From sequence record SRR31156797_10354: 64,000 bases of DNA; one strand, given 5' to 3'. The position numbers were made by a program, and so were the translations under genes. The notes beneath the pieces were generated by a model. The model made no database searches. It saw only the letters and a list, made by a program, of their open reading frames with translations, and was not told where the DNA came from. The stretch's first letter is position 1; each line of letters starts with the position of its first letter. This document shows positions 54,007-63,086 of this stretch, piece by piece.

Positions 54007-55773
54007 TTAGTGAATTGATTGCTGTAACTGTTCCATAACGTCTTTCGTAATTGTCTCAACGGTGATACCAAGTTCAGATAAAACGTCCGCTGCCCGGTAA
54101 TTATCATAAAATTTCTTTTCTAAGCCATAATTTTTGACGACAATCTCACGATCACCCAGGTAGCTGGCAATCATTTGTCCATAGCCACCCTCTCGTATGC
54201 CATCTTCCAACGTGACAACGAGTTTGTGCGATCGTGCCACAGCATCCAACAACTCTTTGTCGACCCCTGAAATAAACTTAGGATTGATCACCGTTGGCGT
54301 AATTCCATGTTGCATTTTCAATTGTTCTGCGATCTCTTCCGCTAACGCATAAAAGTTCCCAACACCGACGATGGCTACCTGCGTGCCAGCTTGAGTCACT
54401 TCATTTTTTTGATCACTGTAGTCAGTAGAGACTGTCACTGCCATTTCGTTGACAGGTCCAACCGGTACCCGGATCGCAACTGGTGCGTTGGTTTGTTCCA
54501 GCGACCAATCCAACATTGCCAGATATTCTTCTTTAGAGGTTGGCGCAAGATAAATAAGGTTGGGAATATGTGCCAAAAATGGAATATCAAAAATTCCCAA
54601 ATGGCTCTCGTCATTCATGCCGTGAATCGATGCACCATATACCAGAATCGTTCCAGGCAGATGATTTAAGGCCAAATCATGGGAAATTTGATCAAAACTA
54701 CGTTGCATAAAGGTAGAAAAAACGGCCCAGACAGGTTTTGCTCCATTTTTTGCTAACCCAGCAACCATCGATACCGCATGTTCTTCTGCAATACCTACAT
54801 CTACAAATTGTTTGCCTGCTTTTTCTCTTTGTTCCGGAGAAAAAAGCAGCATCGGTGTACCAGCGTTTACTGCCACGACTTTAGGATCTGACGCCATTTT
54901 TTCTAATAAATAATCCGTCGTTAAGCTATTGTACGTTACTTGATTGCCGCCAGTAGAAATATATTCGCCGGTTTCTAAATGAAAGGGACCGCCTGCATGA
55001 AACTTTTCACGATTTTCTTCCGCAAACTTGAAGCCTTTGCCTTTGATCGTATGAATGTGTAATAAAACAGGATGATCAACATCTTTCACTTTTTCAAATA
55101 AAGCAATCAATGCAGCGAGGTCATTTCCTTCATCCAAATAGTGGTACTCAAAACCAATCGCTTTGAACAGATTGTCTGCTGCTTGCCCATTGGTTTCCCG
55201 CAATGCCCGCAAATTCTGATACATCCCCCCATGGTTTTCTGCGATCGATTGGTCATTGTCGTTGAGGACCACGATGGTATTGGTGCCTAATTCCACGATA
55301 TTGTTCAAGCCTTCAAACGCTAACCCGCCTGATAGAGAACCATCACCAATCACGGCAACGACGTTATACGTTTCATTTTTTAGGTCACGGGCTTTCGCCA
55401 CACCATTTGCCAGCGAAACTGACGTGGAGGTATGTCCGACCGTAAAGAGATCGTGCTCGCTTTCTTTCGGATTCGTGTAACCAGAAACCGCACCATACTG
55501 CGCAGCATCAAGAAAGGCATGGGCGCGTCCTGTCAGCATTTTATGGATATAAGTCTGATGAGACACATCAAAAATCAGCTTATCTGTGGGGGAATCAAAG
55601 ACTCTATGCAACGCAATCGTCATCTCAACCATCCCCAGATTGGGGCCATTGTGCCCCCCATGGTGACTGATTTTTTCCAATAAAGCAGTTCGTGCTTCTA
55701 CTACCAGTTCTTGAAGTTGCCCACTGGTCAATTCTTTTAACGCTTTGGGGCTTTTGATTTTTTCTAATAACAT
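54007..55773 (-). CDS. dxs: 1-deoxy-D-xylulose-5-phosphate synthase-like ThDP enzyme (divergent paralogue)
   Basis: GGHNGPNLG, DVSHQTYIHK, GHTSTS, GDGSLSGG..LNDN, DVGIAEEH; start after AGGAGG. Confidence 0.85.
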   Translation of the reverse strand: MLLEKIKSPKALKELTSGQLQELVVEARTALLEKISHHGGHNGPNLGMVEMTIALHRVFDSPTDKLIFDVSHQTYIHKMLTGRAHAFLDAAQYGAVSGYTNPKESEHDLFTVGHTSTSVSLANGVAKARDLKNETYNVVAVIGDGSLSGGLAFEGLNNIVELGTNTIVVLNDNDQSIAENHGGMYQNLRALRETNGQAADNLFKAIGFEYHYLDEGNDLAALIALFEKVKDVDHPVLLHIHTIKGKGFKFAEENREKFHAGGPFHLETGEYISTGGNQVTYNSLTTDYLLEKMASDPKVVAVNAGTPMLLFSPEQREKAGKQFVDVGIAEEHAVSMVAGLAKNGAKPVWAVFSTFMQRSFDQISHDLALNHLPGTILVYGASIHGMNDESHLGIFDIPFLAHIPNLIYLAPTSKEEYLAMLDWSLEQTNAPVAIRVPVGPVNEMAVTVSTDYSDQKNEVTQAGTQVAIVGVGNFYALAEEIAEQLKMQHGITPTVINPKFISGVDKELLDAVARSHKLVVTLEDGIREGGYGQMIASYLGDREIVVKNYGLEKKFYDNYRAADVLSELGITVETITKDVMEQLQQSIH

Positions 55774-55998
55774 GTACGTACCTCCTGTAGAAATGTTTGA
55801 ATGGTTCGTGTGTTTACTCACAAGGAAAAAGACACGAAATCGAAATGAGTGGATCGTTCTCTAGAATGAAAAACGTGGCCATCAGAGCTAGACGCTCTTT
55901 TTAGAATTCCTGTCAAACCAAGAAATAGCAAGTTATCCTAAAGGGAAATCGTGATTTTTCTGAGTTTTAACAATCGCTGCTCATTTCTTCTATCTAAA

Positions 55999-56029
55999 AA
56001 GATACCACCTAGAGTTGACTTTAGGTCAA
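55999..56029 (-). promoter_or_regulatory. MerR-type promoter with dyad operator upstream of the dxs-like gene
   Basis: TTGACC-19 bp-TATCTT; dyad ACCTAAAGT-CA-ACTCTAGGT at 56007-56026. Confidence 0.75.
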
Positions 56030-56090
56030 GCACTTTTTGTGAATTTATTCTATTTTGATCCTATCTTTACTGCGTGCCCGCCATAATGAT

Positions 56091-56123
56091 ACAAAAAAAG
56101 ATAAGAAGCGCTTGCTTCTTATC
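56091..56123 (-). terminator. Terminator after the zeta remnant and small ORF
   Basis: AGATAAGAAGC-gctt-GCTTCTTATCT plus A-run. Confidence 0.8.
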
Positions 56124-56181
56124 TCGGGTTTTACTTGTTCAATGGTCATTCTTAAGAAACCTAAATTTTTTCATTGACCAC

Positions 56182-56349
56182 TTATTCTTCTTTCTCTAAG
56201 CCAACAAGCACTCGCTGTTTACGGTTCGATTCTTCTGCAACAAAGTTTAAAACTGTTTTCAATTCGCTAGGCGTTGCCTTTTTCTGTAAGATCGAGAAGT
56301 TTCGATGATATTTTATCATGATTGTTTCTACTTTTTCTTTCTCAGTCAT
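56182..56349 (-). CDS. 55-aa hypothetical protein coupled to the zeta-family ORF (below the ORF track cut-off)
   Basis: MTEKEKVETIMIKYHRNFSILQKKATPSELKTVLNFVAEESNRKQRVLVGLEKEE; GGAGGAG RBS; overlaps the upstream stop. Confidence 0.7.
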   Translation of the reverse strand: MTEKEKVETIMIKYHRNFSILQKKATPSELKTVLNFVAEESNRKQRVLVGLEKEE

Positions 56350-56704
56350 TGAGCTTCTCCTCCAATTCTTCCTTTGTGTATGTTAATGGCAAAGCGAACG
56401 ATACATTGTCAACTGCCATCAACGTATGAGAATGGCGATTCTGAAAATCTTTTATAAAAATATTAACGGTCACATTTTCTTTATACAATTCCTTCATTTT
56501 AATCAAGTTATATCTTGATTGAAAAAAAGCATTTATAAAATGTTCTTTAGGAACAAAGCGTCCTTCTATTTTTTCACGTTGCTTCGTATAATTCCAAGCA
56601 ATAAAAGGATCTTGATAGATATAATAGATAAGCACATCATAATTCTTTTTTAAGCATCGCGCAATATTTTGATCAGCTTTTTTAGTGGGTGAAACAAGAA
56701 TCAT
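56342..56704 (-). pseudogene. 5'-truncated zeta-toxin-family P-loop kinase (C-terminal half only)
   Basis: QNIARCLKKNY..YIYQDPFIAWNYTKQREKIEGRFVP lid region present; no Walker A; no RBS. Confidence 0.7.
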
Positions 56705-56753
56705 TTATTGCGAGAAGTAAGATGGCAAAAATTTCTGTTAATGAACTATACGC

Positions 56754-56790
56754 AAAAAAACAGACTACATTTGTCATGCAGTCTGCTTTT
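56754..56790 (-). terminator. Terminator after the aldo-keto reductase gene
   Basis: CAGACT.CAT...ATG.AGTCTG with A-run. Confidence 0.65.
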
Positions 56791-56806
56791 CCAACTTTTT
56801 CTTTAT

Positions 56807-57814
56807 TTAGTGTTTGTCCCACTGTTTTCCGAAAGATTGTTGTTGTGATTCGACATGTCCTCGATGGCCATATACAGGTATTTGATTCAATTGGTTTTCA
56901 ATTACTTGAAATTCGGTATCTGTAAGCTGTACATCCCAAGCAGCTAGATTTTCCAAAATCCTGCCTCGATTTTTTGATCCAGGAATCGGCACTGCATTCG
57001 GATACTTGTGAAGCATCCACGCCAATGAAATTTGGGCATTTGTCGACTGCTTTGCTTGAGCGACTTCTGCTAGCATATTTAAAATCGGTTGATTGGCTAC
57101 GAGGTTTTCTTTAGCCAGCTGAGGGACGAATTTGCGAACATCATCCCCTTCAAAGGATGTATCTGGTGTGACTTTTCCAGATAAAAACCCACTAGCGATT
57201 GGTGAAAAAGGAACGACGGCGATCTCGTTCTCAAGACAATAGGGGAAAATCTCTCGCTCACAATCACGCTCAACCATTGAATAGAGATTTTGCACAGCAC
57301 CAACGGGGGTAATCCCATGTGCTTTAGCAAGTGTCTCCACGGAAACTTGTGAGAGTCCCCATTCTCTGATCATACCTTCTTTGATCAATCGTCCCATCAC
57401 CTCAGCTATTTCTTCTAAAGAAAGCTGTTCATTGATTCGATGAAGATAATAGAGATCAACATAATCGGTGCGCAATTTTTCCATTGAAGCAATCAAATGG
57501 TTACGGATGGCTGTGTAAAGAGTTGTGCTTTCATTCACTTCTTTTTCGTCGAGATGATACTTGGTGGCAAGAACAACTTTGTTTCGAAAAGGCGACAGTG
57601 CTTTACCCACCAACTCCTCATTATGTCCAGAATAAAACATTTCTTTTCCATAAGCTTCTGCTGTATCAAAAAATGTACAGCCAAATTCGTAAGCTTTGCG
57701 AATAGATGCAATACTCTCTTTTTCTTCTGGCACCTTTCCATATCCGTGAGAAAACCCCATACACCCCATTCCGATTGGCGAAACTGCTAAACTTCTGATT
57801 TTTCTATTCTTCAT
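56807..57814 (-). CDS. Aldo/keto reductase
   Basis: IGMGCMG, FDTAEAY, LATK, DLYYLHR, VPFSPIASGFL, VPIPGS. Confidence 0.93.
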   Translation of the reverse strand: MKNRKIRSLAVSPIGMGCMGFSHGYGKVPEEKESIASIRKAYEFGCTFFDTAEAYGKEMFYSGHNEELVGKALSPFRNKVVLATKYHLDEKEVNESTTLYTAIRNHLIASMEKLRTDYVDLYYLHRINEQLSLEEIAEVMGRLIKEGMIREWGLSQVSVETLAKAHGITPVGAVQNLYSMVERDCEREIFPYCLENEIAVVPFSPIASGFLSGKVTPDTSFEGDDVRKFVPQLAKENLVANQPILNMLAEVAQAKQSTNAQISLAWMLHKYPNAVPIPGSKNRGRILENLAAWDVQLTDTEFQVIENQLNQIPVYGHRGHVESQQQSFGKQWDKH

Positions 57815-57865
57815 ATTACAATTCCCTCCTTCATCGATACCTTATGCACTCGTTAAGCTAGCTAA

Positions 57866-57896
57866 ACTTTAGCATCTTCGAGTCACTCGAAGTCAA
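57866..57896 (-). promoter_or_regulatory. MerR-type promoter and operator of the aldo/keto reductase gene
   Basis: TTGACT-19 bp-TAAAGT; perfect dyad CTTCGAGT-G-ACTCGAAG at 57876-57892. Confidence 0.85.
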
Positions 57897-58067
57897 GGAG
57901 TTTCTAACAATCATTTTTCTTCCACCTTTTGTCTTTTTGAGGCTCTCAAATAGGAAGCTACTTTTCTCCACAAAATTATCTGTGCTATAATACGCGATAT
58001 AAAAAGAAAATGATCTACAACAGTTTTTACTAATACGTTCAAACGACTTGCTTGACTTCAGCAAATT

Positions 58068-58514
58068 ATGAAAGGCGTGACCAACATTTACTCTATCAAA
58101 GAAGCAGCCACGATCACTGAATTGTCTGAACACACGATTCGCTATTATACCGATATGGGTTTGGTTCCTAGTTTGATCAGGGACAAAAACAACAGACGGG
58201 TTTTTAATCAGACTTCCATCAATTGGTTAACTGGTATCAAGAATTTGCGCGAAACAGGCATGTCTTTAGAAGCCATTAAGCATTATATTTCGCTTTGCCT
58301 CCTTGGCGATTCGACGATCAAAGAAAGAGCCGACATCATTCAATCGCAAAAAGAAAAAGCGCTCGTTAAACTTACAGAAGCGCAAAAACGAGTCGCTTAT
58401 TTAGAAAAGAAAAGCAATACCTATCAAGAGCTCATCAACCAGAAAACAGCTTCTAACGATCCATTGAATCCGGCAACTTGGGAGGAGGAAGCAGTATTGC
58501 GGAATAGAACTTGA
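58068..58514 (+). CDS. MerR family regulator (AdhR/YyaN-like); start codon uncertain
   Basis: YSIKEAA..LSEHTIRYYTDMGL, RDKNNRRVF, LRETGMSL, LCLLGDSTIKER. Confidence 0.88.
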   Translation: MKGVTNIYSIKEAATITELSEHTIRYYTDMGLVPSLIRDKNNRRVFNQTSINWLTGIKNLRETGMSLEAIKHYISLCLLGDSTIKERADIIQSQKEKALVKLTEAQKRVAYLEKKSNTYQELINQKTASNDPLNPATWEEEAVLRNRT

Positions 58515-58605
58515 ATGAAGATATTTTACCAATGATTTGGATCAATAGACACTTAATTTTTTGATGATTATATTCGTATAGTGCTGAAATAGACTATTCA
58601 TTACT

Positions 58606-58652
58606 AAAAAACTGCCATTAAACAGGATTCATTCCCTGCTTAATGGCAGTTT
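58606..58652. terminator. Terminator between merR and potD
   Basis: AAACTGCCATTAA.CAGG...CCTG.TTAATGGCAGTTT. Confidence 0.8.
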
Positions 58653-58654
58653 GC

Positions 58655-59728
58655 TTATTTCCGATACATCTTCAATTCCAAGAACAAATCATTATAGATG
58701 CCAAGATACTCAGCACCTAAGTTTTCATAGACTTCGAGGTGTTCCATCAATTCATCGGATGGGTAGAATTGTTCGTCTTCGGTGATCTCGTCTGGCAGTA
58801 AGGCCATGGCTTCTTGGTTAGGTGTGGAATAGCCGATGTATTCTGCGTTTTGTGCAGCGTTCTCGGGTTCTAGCATAAAGTTCAAGAAGGCGTAAGCACC
58901 GGCTTCGTTTTGTGAGGTCTTAGGAATGACCATATTATCGAACCACAGGTTGGAACCTTCCGAAGGGATCACGTAATGAATGTGCTCGTTTTCGTACATC
59001 ATGTCGGCTGCTTCCCCAGAAAATGTGACCGCAACCGATGCTTCTTCATTGGCCATGTACATCTTGATTTCATCTGCGACGATGGCTTTGATATTTGGGG
59101 TCATGGTCCGCAGCTTATTGAATGCCTCTTGCAGTTGATCATCGTCTTTGCTGTTAAGAGAATAGCCTAAGCTGTCCAAACCTAATCCCATTACTTCACG
59201 CGCGCCATCGATCAGCATGATGCTGTTTGCTAATTCGGGTTTCCAAAGATCGTCCCATTGGGTGATCTCACCTTCATCAAAGAATTTATCGTTATAGACG
59301 ATCCCCAGTGTTCCCCAGAAATAAGGGATGGAATATTGATTGCCTGGATCAAAACTCAGGTCTAAAAAGCGAGGGTCGATATTGTCTAGCCCTTTGATTT
59401 TGCTGTGATTCAATGGTTTTAAAAGATTTTGTTCCATCATTTTCTCAATCATGTATTCACTCGGTATGGCGATGTCATAGGACGTACCGCCTTGTTGGAT
59501 CTTCGTGAACATCGCTTCATTTGAGTCAAAGGTTTCATAATTGACTTTGTAGCCTGTCTCTTCTTCAAACTTACTGATCAAATCAGGGTCGATGTAGTCG
59601 CCCCAGTTGTAGATGTTGACGACCTCAGCGCCTGCCATACCAGAGGAGCGTTCCAATTGACGGACACCAAAGAGCAAGATCAGGACGATCGCAACAATAC
59701 CGATAATCAGAGATTGTAGTCGTTTCAT
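58655..59728 (-). CDS. potD: Spermidine/putrescine ABC substrate-binding protein
   Basis: YNWGDYIDP, FDSNEAM, PYFWGTLG, EGSNLWFD. Confidence 0.95.
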   Translation of the reverse strand: MKRLQSLIIGIVAIVLILLFGVRQLERSSGMAGAEVVNIYNWGDYIDPDLISKFEEETGYKVNYETFDSNEAMFTKIQQGGTSYDIAIPSEYMIEKMMEQNLLKPLNHSKIKGLDNIDPRFLDLSFDPGNQYSIPYFWGTLGIVYNDKFFDEGEITQWDDLWKPELANSIMLIDGAREVMGLGLDSLGYSLNSKDDDQLQEAFNKLRTMTPNIKAIVADEIKMYMANEEASVAVTFSGEAADMMYENEHIHYVIPSEGSNLWFDNMVIPKTSQNEAGAYAFLNFMLEPENAAQNAEYIGYSTPNQEAMALLPDEITEDEQFYPSDELMEHLEVYENLGAEYLGIYNDLFLELKMYRK

Positions 59729-60561
59729 CGCAGATTTGCCACCTCCACACGGCGGTTTTTACGCAACTTTTTCGCGCCGTTTTCTTTACTGATAAAGTAA
59801 TAGCCTACCACCAGGATCATGGAGAATAAGAAGACAAGTGTGCTTAATGCATTGATTTCTAAACTGATTCCTTGACGTGCTCTAGAATAGATCTCTACCG
59901 ATAAGGTACTAAAGCCATTGCCTGTCACAAAGAATGTCACGGCAAAATCATCGAGTGAATAAGTAAAGGCCATGAAATAGCCGGCGATGATGCCCGGCGT
60001 CAAGAAAGGCAAAATGATATTTTTAACGACTTGAAAATTATTCGCGCCTAAATCACGGGCAGCATCGATCATTGAATCGTTCATCTCTTGCAGTTTCGGC
60101 AAGACCATCAAGACCACGATCGGGATACTAAAAGCGATATGCGAAAGCAACACGCTGAAAAAGCCTAAGCTAAACCCACGGAACAAGTTGCCGATCATCG
60201 TGAAGAAAATCAAGAAGCTAGCACCAATGATGACATCTGGTGAAACCAACAAAATATTATTCAAACTCAACAATGCTGTTCTTGTTCGGCGTTTGCGGGT
60301 ATAGTAGATGCCCATCGCACCAAATGTGCCGATGATCGTTGCCAGTAATGCTGATAAAAATGCCAGCATAAAGGTGTTCAACACGATGATCATCAAGCGG
60401 GTATCTTGAAAGACGGATTGGTAATGTTCAAAAGTGAAACCCGTAAAAGCATTCATGGTGCCTCCTTCATTGAAGGAATAGAAAATCAAATAAAAGATCG
60501 GCACGTACAAAAGAATAAAGACGACGATCAGATAAAGATTCGACCAGCGAAATTTTTTCAT
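59725..60561 (-). CDS. potC: Spermidine/putrescine ABC permease
   Basis: SPDVIIG, DAARDLGA, FTYSLDDF. Confidence 0.95.
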   Translation of the reverse strand: MKKFRWSNLYLIVVFILLYVPIFYLIFYSFNEGGTMNAFTGFTFEHYQSVFQDTRLMIIVLNTFMLAFLSALLATIIGTFGAMGIYYTRKRRTRTALLSLNNILLVSPDVIIGASFLIFFTMIGNLFRGFSLGFFSVLLSHIAFSIPIVVLMVLPKLQEMNDSMIDAARDLGANNFQVVKNIILPFLTPGIIAGYFMAFTYSLDDFAVTFFVTGNGFSTLSVEIYSRARQGISLEINALSTLVFLFSMILVVGYYFISKENGAKKLRKNRRVEVANLR

Positions 60562-61367
60562 TTACGTTGCCCTCCTTTTTTCTTTTCTCCCGTAAACAGC
60601 ATCACGAGGAACATAGCGATGATCAAAATGACGCCGATGGTCGAACCCATGCCCCAGTTTTGGGTAACGAGAAAGTGCTGCTCGATCGCCGTACCAAGCG
60701 TGATTACGCGATTGCCCCCAATCAAACGGGTCAACATGAAGAGGGAGAGCGACGGAATGAAGACGGCTTGGACGCCGCTTTTTACACCGTTTAACGACAG
60801 AGGGAAAATCACTCGTCGAAACGTATCATAGCTGTTTGCCCCTAAATCGCGACTGGCACTGATCAAAGAGGGATTCATTTCTTCTAAGGCATTAAAAATC
60901 GGCATGATCATAAAGGGCAGTTCGATATAGACGGCAACCGTCAAAAAGCTAAAGTCGGTAAACAAAATCTGCTTTGGTCCAACACCCATGATTTCTAGAA
61001 AATTGTTGACACTACCGTGAATGCCGAAGATGCCAATAAACGCGTAGGCTTTTAACAATAAGTTGACCCACGTTGGTAAGATAATCAACAGCAGCCACAA
61101 ATCTTTGTGACGCAGCTTAGTTAAGAAATAGGCTGTCGGGTAGCTGATCACTAAGGTAATCAAGGTGATCAAAAAGGCATACCAAACCGAGTTTAAGGTC
61201 ATGATCAAATATTTGCCAGAACCTAAGTAGCTTTGATAATTGACCAGCGAAAAGTTGCCGTTCATATCAAAAAAGGATTGGTAGATGATCAATAAGACTG
61301 GTGCAATAACAAATAGCAATAACCAAAAGACATAGGGTATCGCATAAAAACGACGCATTTTCGTCAT
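60558..61367 (-). CDS. potB: Spermidine/putrescine ABC permease
   Basis: LPTWVNLLLKAYA, ASRDLGA, VFIPSLS. Confidence 0.95.
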   Translation of the reverse strand: MTKMRRFYAIPYVFWLLLFVIAPVLLIIYQSFFDMNGNFSLVNYQSYLGSGKYLIMTLNSVWYAFLITLITLVISYPTAYFLTKLRHKDLWLLLIILPTWVNLLLKAYAFIGIFGIHGSVNNFLEIMGVGPKQILFTDFSFLTVAVYIELPFMIMPIFNALEEMNPSLISASRDLGANSYDTFRRVIFPLSLNGVKSGVQAVFIPSLSLFMLTRLIGGNRVITLGTAIEQHFLVTQNWGMGSTIGVILIIAMFLVMLFTGEKKKGGQRK

Positions 61368-61379
61368 TAGCTTTCCCTC

Positions 61380-62468
61380 CTAATCTTCGTAGCTCTCTAA
61401 ACGAGCATCAAAATCTTCTTCGGACTCATTGAAACGCATGACGTGGATGTCTTCTGGTTCAAAGGAAAGCCCGATCTTGCTTCCTTCAGTGGCTTTTCTT
61501 GTAGAGTGAACCATCCACTCGTTGCCTTGTTCGTCGTAACAAATGATTTCGTAATGCACGCCTCGGAACAATTGAGTATCCACTTCAACGACTAACTTGC
61601 CTTTCTCAACGGTCGTCAAATTCAAATCTTCCGGACGGATCACGATCTCAACGGCTTCATTCGGACGCATCCCGCCATCGACACATTCAAACTGCTTGCC
61701 GACAAACTCCACTAAGTTGTCTTCGATCATCGTACCTGTAACGATGTTGCTTTCACCAACAAAATCCGCTACAAAATGGTTGATTGGTTCATCGTAGATA
61801 TCCACTGGCGTGCCACTTTGGACGATCTTCCCTTTGTTCATAACGAAAATCTCATCACTCATCGCCAACGCTTCTTCTTGGTCATGGGTGACAAAAATAA
61901 AGGTGATGCCTAGTCGCTGCTGCAATTCCCGCAGCTCGTATTGCATGTCAGTTCGCAATTTCAAGTCCAATGCGGACAATGGTTCATCAAGAAGCAATAC
62001 TTTGGGTTCATTGACGATCGCTCGTGCGATTGCGACCCGTTGGCGTTGACCTCCTGACATTTCGCTGATTTCACGATTCTCATAACCAGGAAGTTGTACT
62101 AACCGTAACGCTTCTAAGACTTTTTTATTCACTTCATCTTTTGGTAATTTTTTGATTCGCAGACCAAATGCCACATTTTCAAAAACGTTCATATGTGGGA
62201 ATAAGGCATAATCTTGAAAGACAGTATTCACTTGCCGTTGATTGGCAGGAACGTCATTAATTCTTTGTCCATCAAAATAAACGTCGCCTTCTGTTGCGTC
62301 CGAAAAACCCGCAATGATGCGTAAAATAGTTGTTTTTCCACAACCTGAAGGACCTAACAATGTATAAAAGCGACCTTCTTCAATATCAAAACTCACTTTT
62401 TTCAAAACTGTTTCATCATCATCAAATCGTTTCACCACATTGTTGAATGAAATTATTGTTTTTCCCAC
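61380..62468 (-). CDS. potA: Spermidine/putrescine ABC ATPase
   Basis: [39 protein letters not shown]. Confidence 0.95.
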   Translation of the reverse strand: MGKTIISFNNVVKRFDDDETVLKKVSFDIEEGRFYTLLGPSGCGKTTILRIIAGFSDATEGDVYFDGQRINDVPANQRQVNTVFQDYALFPHMNVFENVAFGLRIKKLPKDEVNKKVLEALRLVQLPGYENREISEMSGGQRQRVAIARAIVNEPKVLLLDEPLSALDLKLRTDMQYELRELQQRLGITFIFVTHDQEEALAMSDEIFVMNKGKIVQSGTPVDIYDEPINHFVADFVGESNIVTGTMIEDNLVEFVGKQFECVDGGMRPNEAVEIVIRPEDLNLTTVEKGKLVVEVDTQLFRGVHYEIICYDEQGNEWMVHSTRKATEGSKIGLSFEPEDIHVMRFNESEEDFDARLESYED

Positions 62469-62484
62469 ACTCTTTCCTCCTGTA

Positions 62485-63027
62485 CTATAAATAAGAATCC
62501 GTTACGACTACGAGCACACGGCTTTTTTTGCCGGCGATATTTTTTAATTGATGCGGCTCAGTCGCCTGATAATAGATCGATTGGCCTTTACGAGCCTTGT
62601 ACTGCGTTTCTCCTAACGACAACGCCACACTGCCCTCTAAGACATAGATAAATGTTTCTGCTAACGATGGTTCAAAGGTCTTGTATTCGCCGGCTTTATC
62701 AAAAGTCAGCAAGACTGGCTCCATTTCTTTTTCATTGGAATCGGGAATCAGCCATTTCAATTCATAGCCATTTTCTTCATCATAATAAAGCGTGCTGTCT
62801 TCTTCGCGATAAACCACTTGATGCTGCGCATTTTCTTCTCGGAAAAATTCCTCTGGTGTCACGCCTAAAACTTCTAAGATCGTAAAAAAAGTTTCCATAG
62901 AAGGCGAACTCAAATCACGTTCCAACTGTGAGATATAGCCTTTCGTCAAATCGGTCCGCTCGCCTAATTCTTCTTGGGTCAAATTCTTTTGAACGCGCAA
63001 ATTGCGCAGCTTCTCGCCAATCTCCAT
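62485..63027 (-). CDS. XRE-family HTH/cupin regulator heading the pot operon (PotR/PuuR-like)
   Basis: [25 protein letters not shown]; cupin FIYVLEG..PHQL. Confidence 0.9.
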   Translation of the reverse strand: MEIGEKLRNLRVQKNLTQEELGERTDLTKGYISQLERDLSSPSMETFFTILEVLGVTPEEFFREENAQHQVVYREEDSTLYYDEENGYELKWLIPDSNEKEMEPVLLTFDKAGEYKTFEPSLAETFIYVLEGSVALSLGETQYKARKGQSIYYQATEPHQLKNIAGKKSRVLVVVTDSYL

Positions 63028-63065
63028 GTTCATTCCCCCTTTTATTGACACAACTGCAAGTAAAA

Positions 63066-63086
63066 AAGTTTGCTATAAGTAAACTT
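63066..63086. promoter_or_regulatory. Putative operator of the pot operon
   Basis: Dyad AAGTTTGCT-ATA-AGTAAACTT downstream of minus-strand -10 TATACT (63109-63114). Confidence 0.5.

Noticed and set aside
55774-55995. TPP riboswitch upstream of the ThDP enzyme
   Set aside because: No CTGAGA...ACCTG...GGGA core visible on the coding strand
56068-56090. GC-rich TGCGTGCCCGCCAT as a possible att site
   Set aside because: No second copy, integrase or tRNA found in the window
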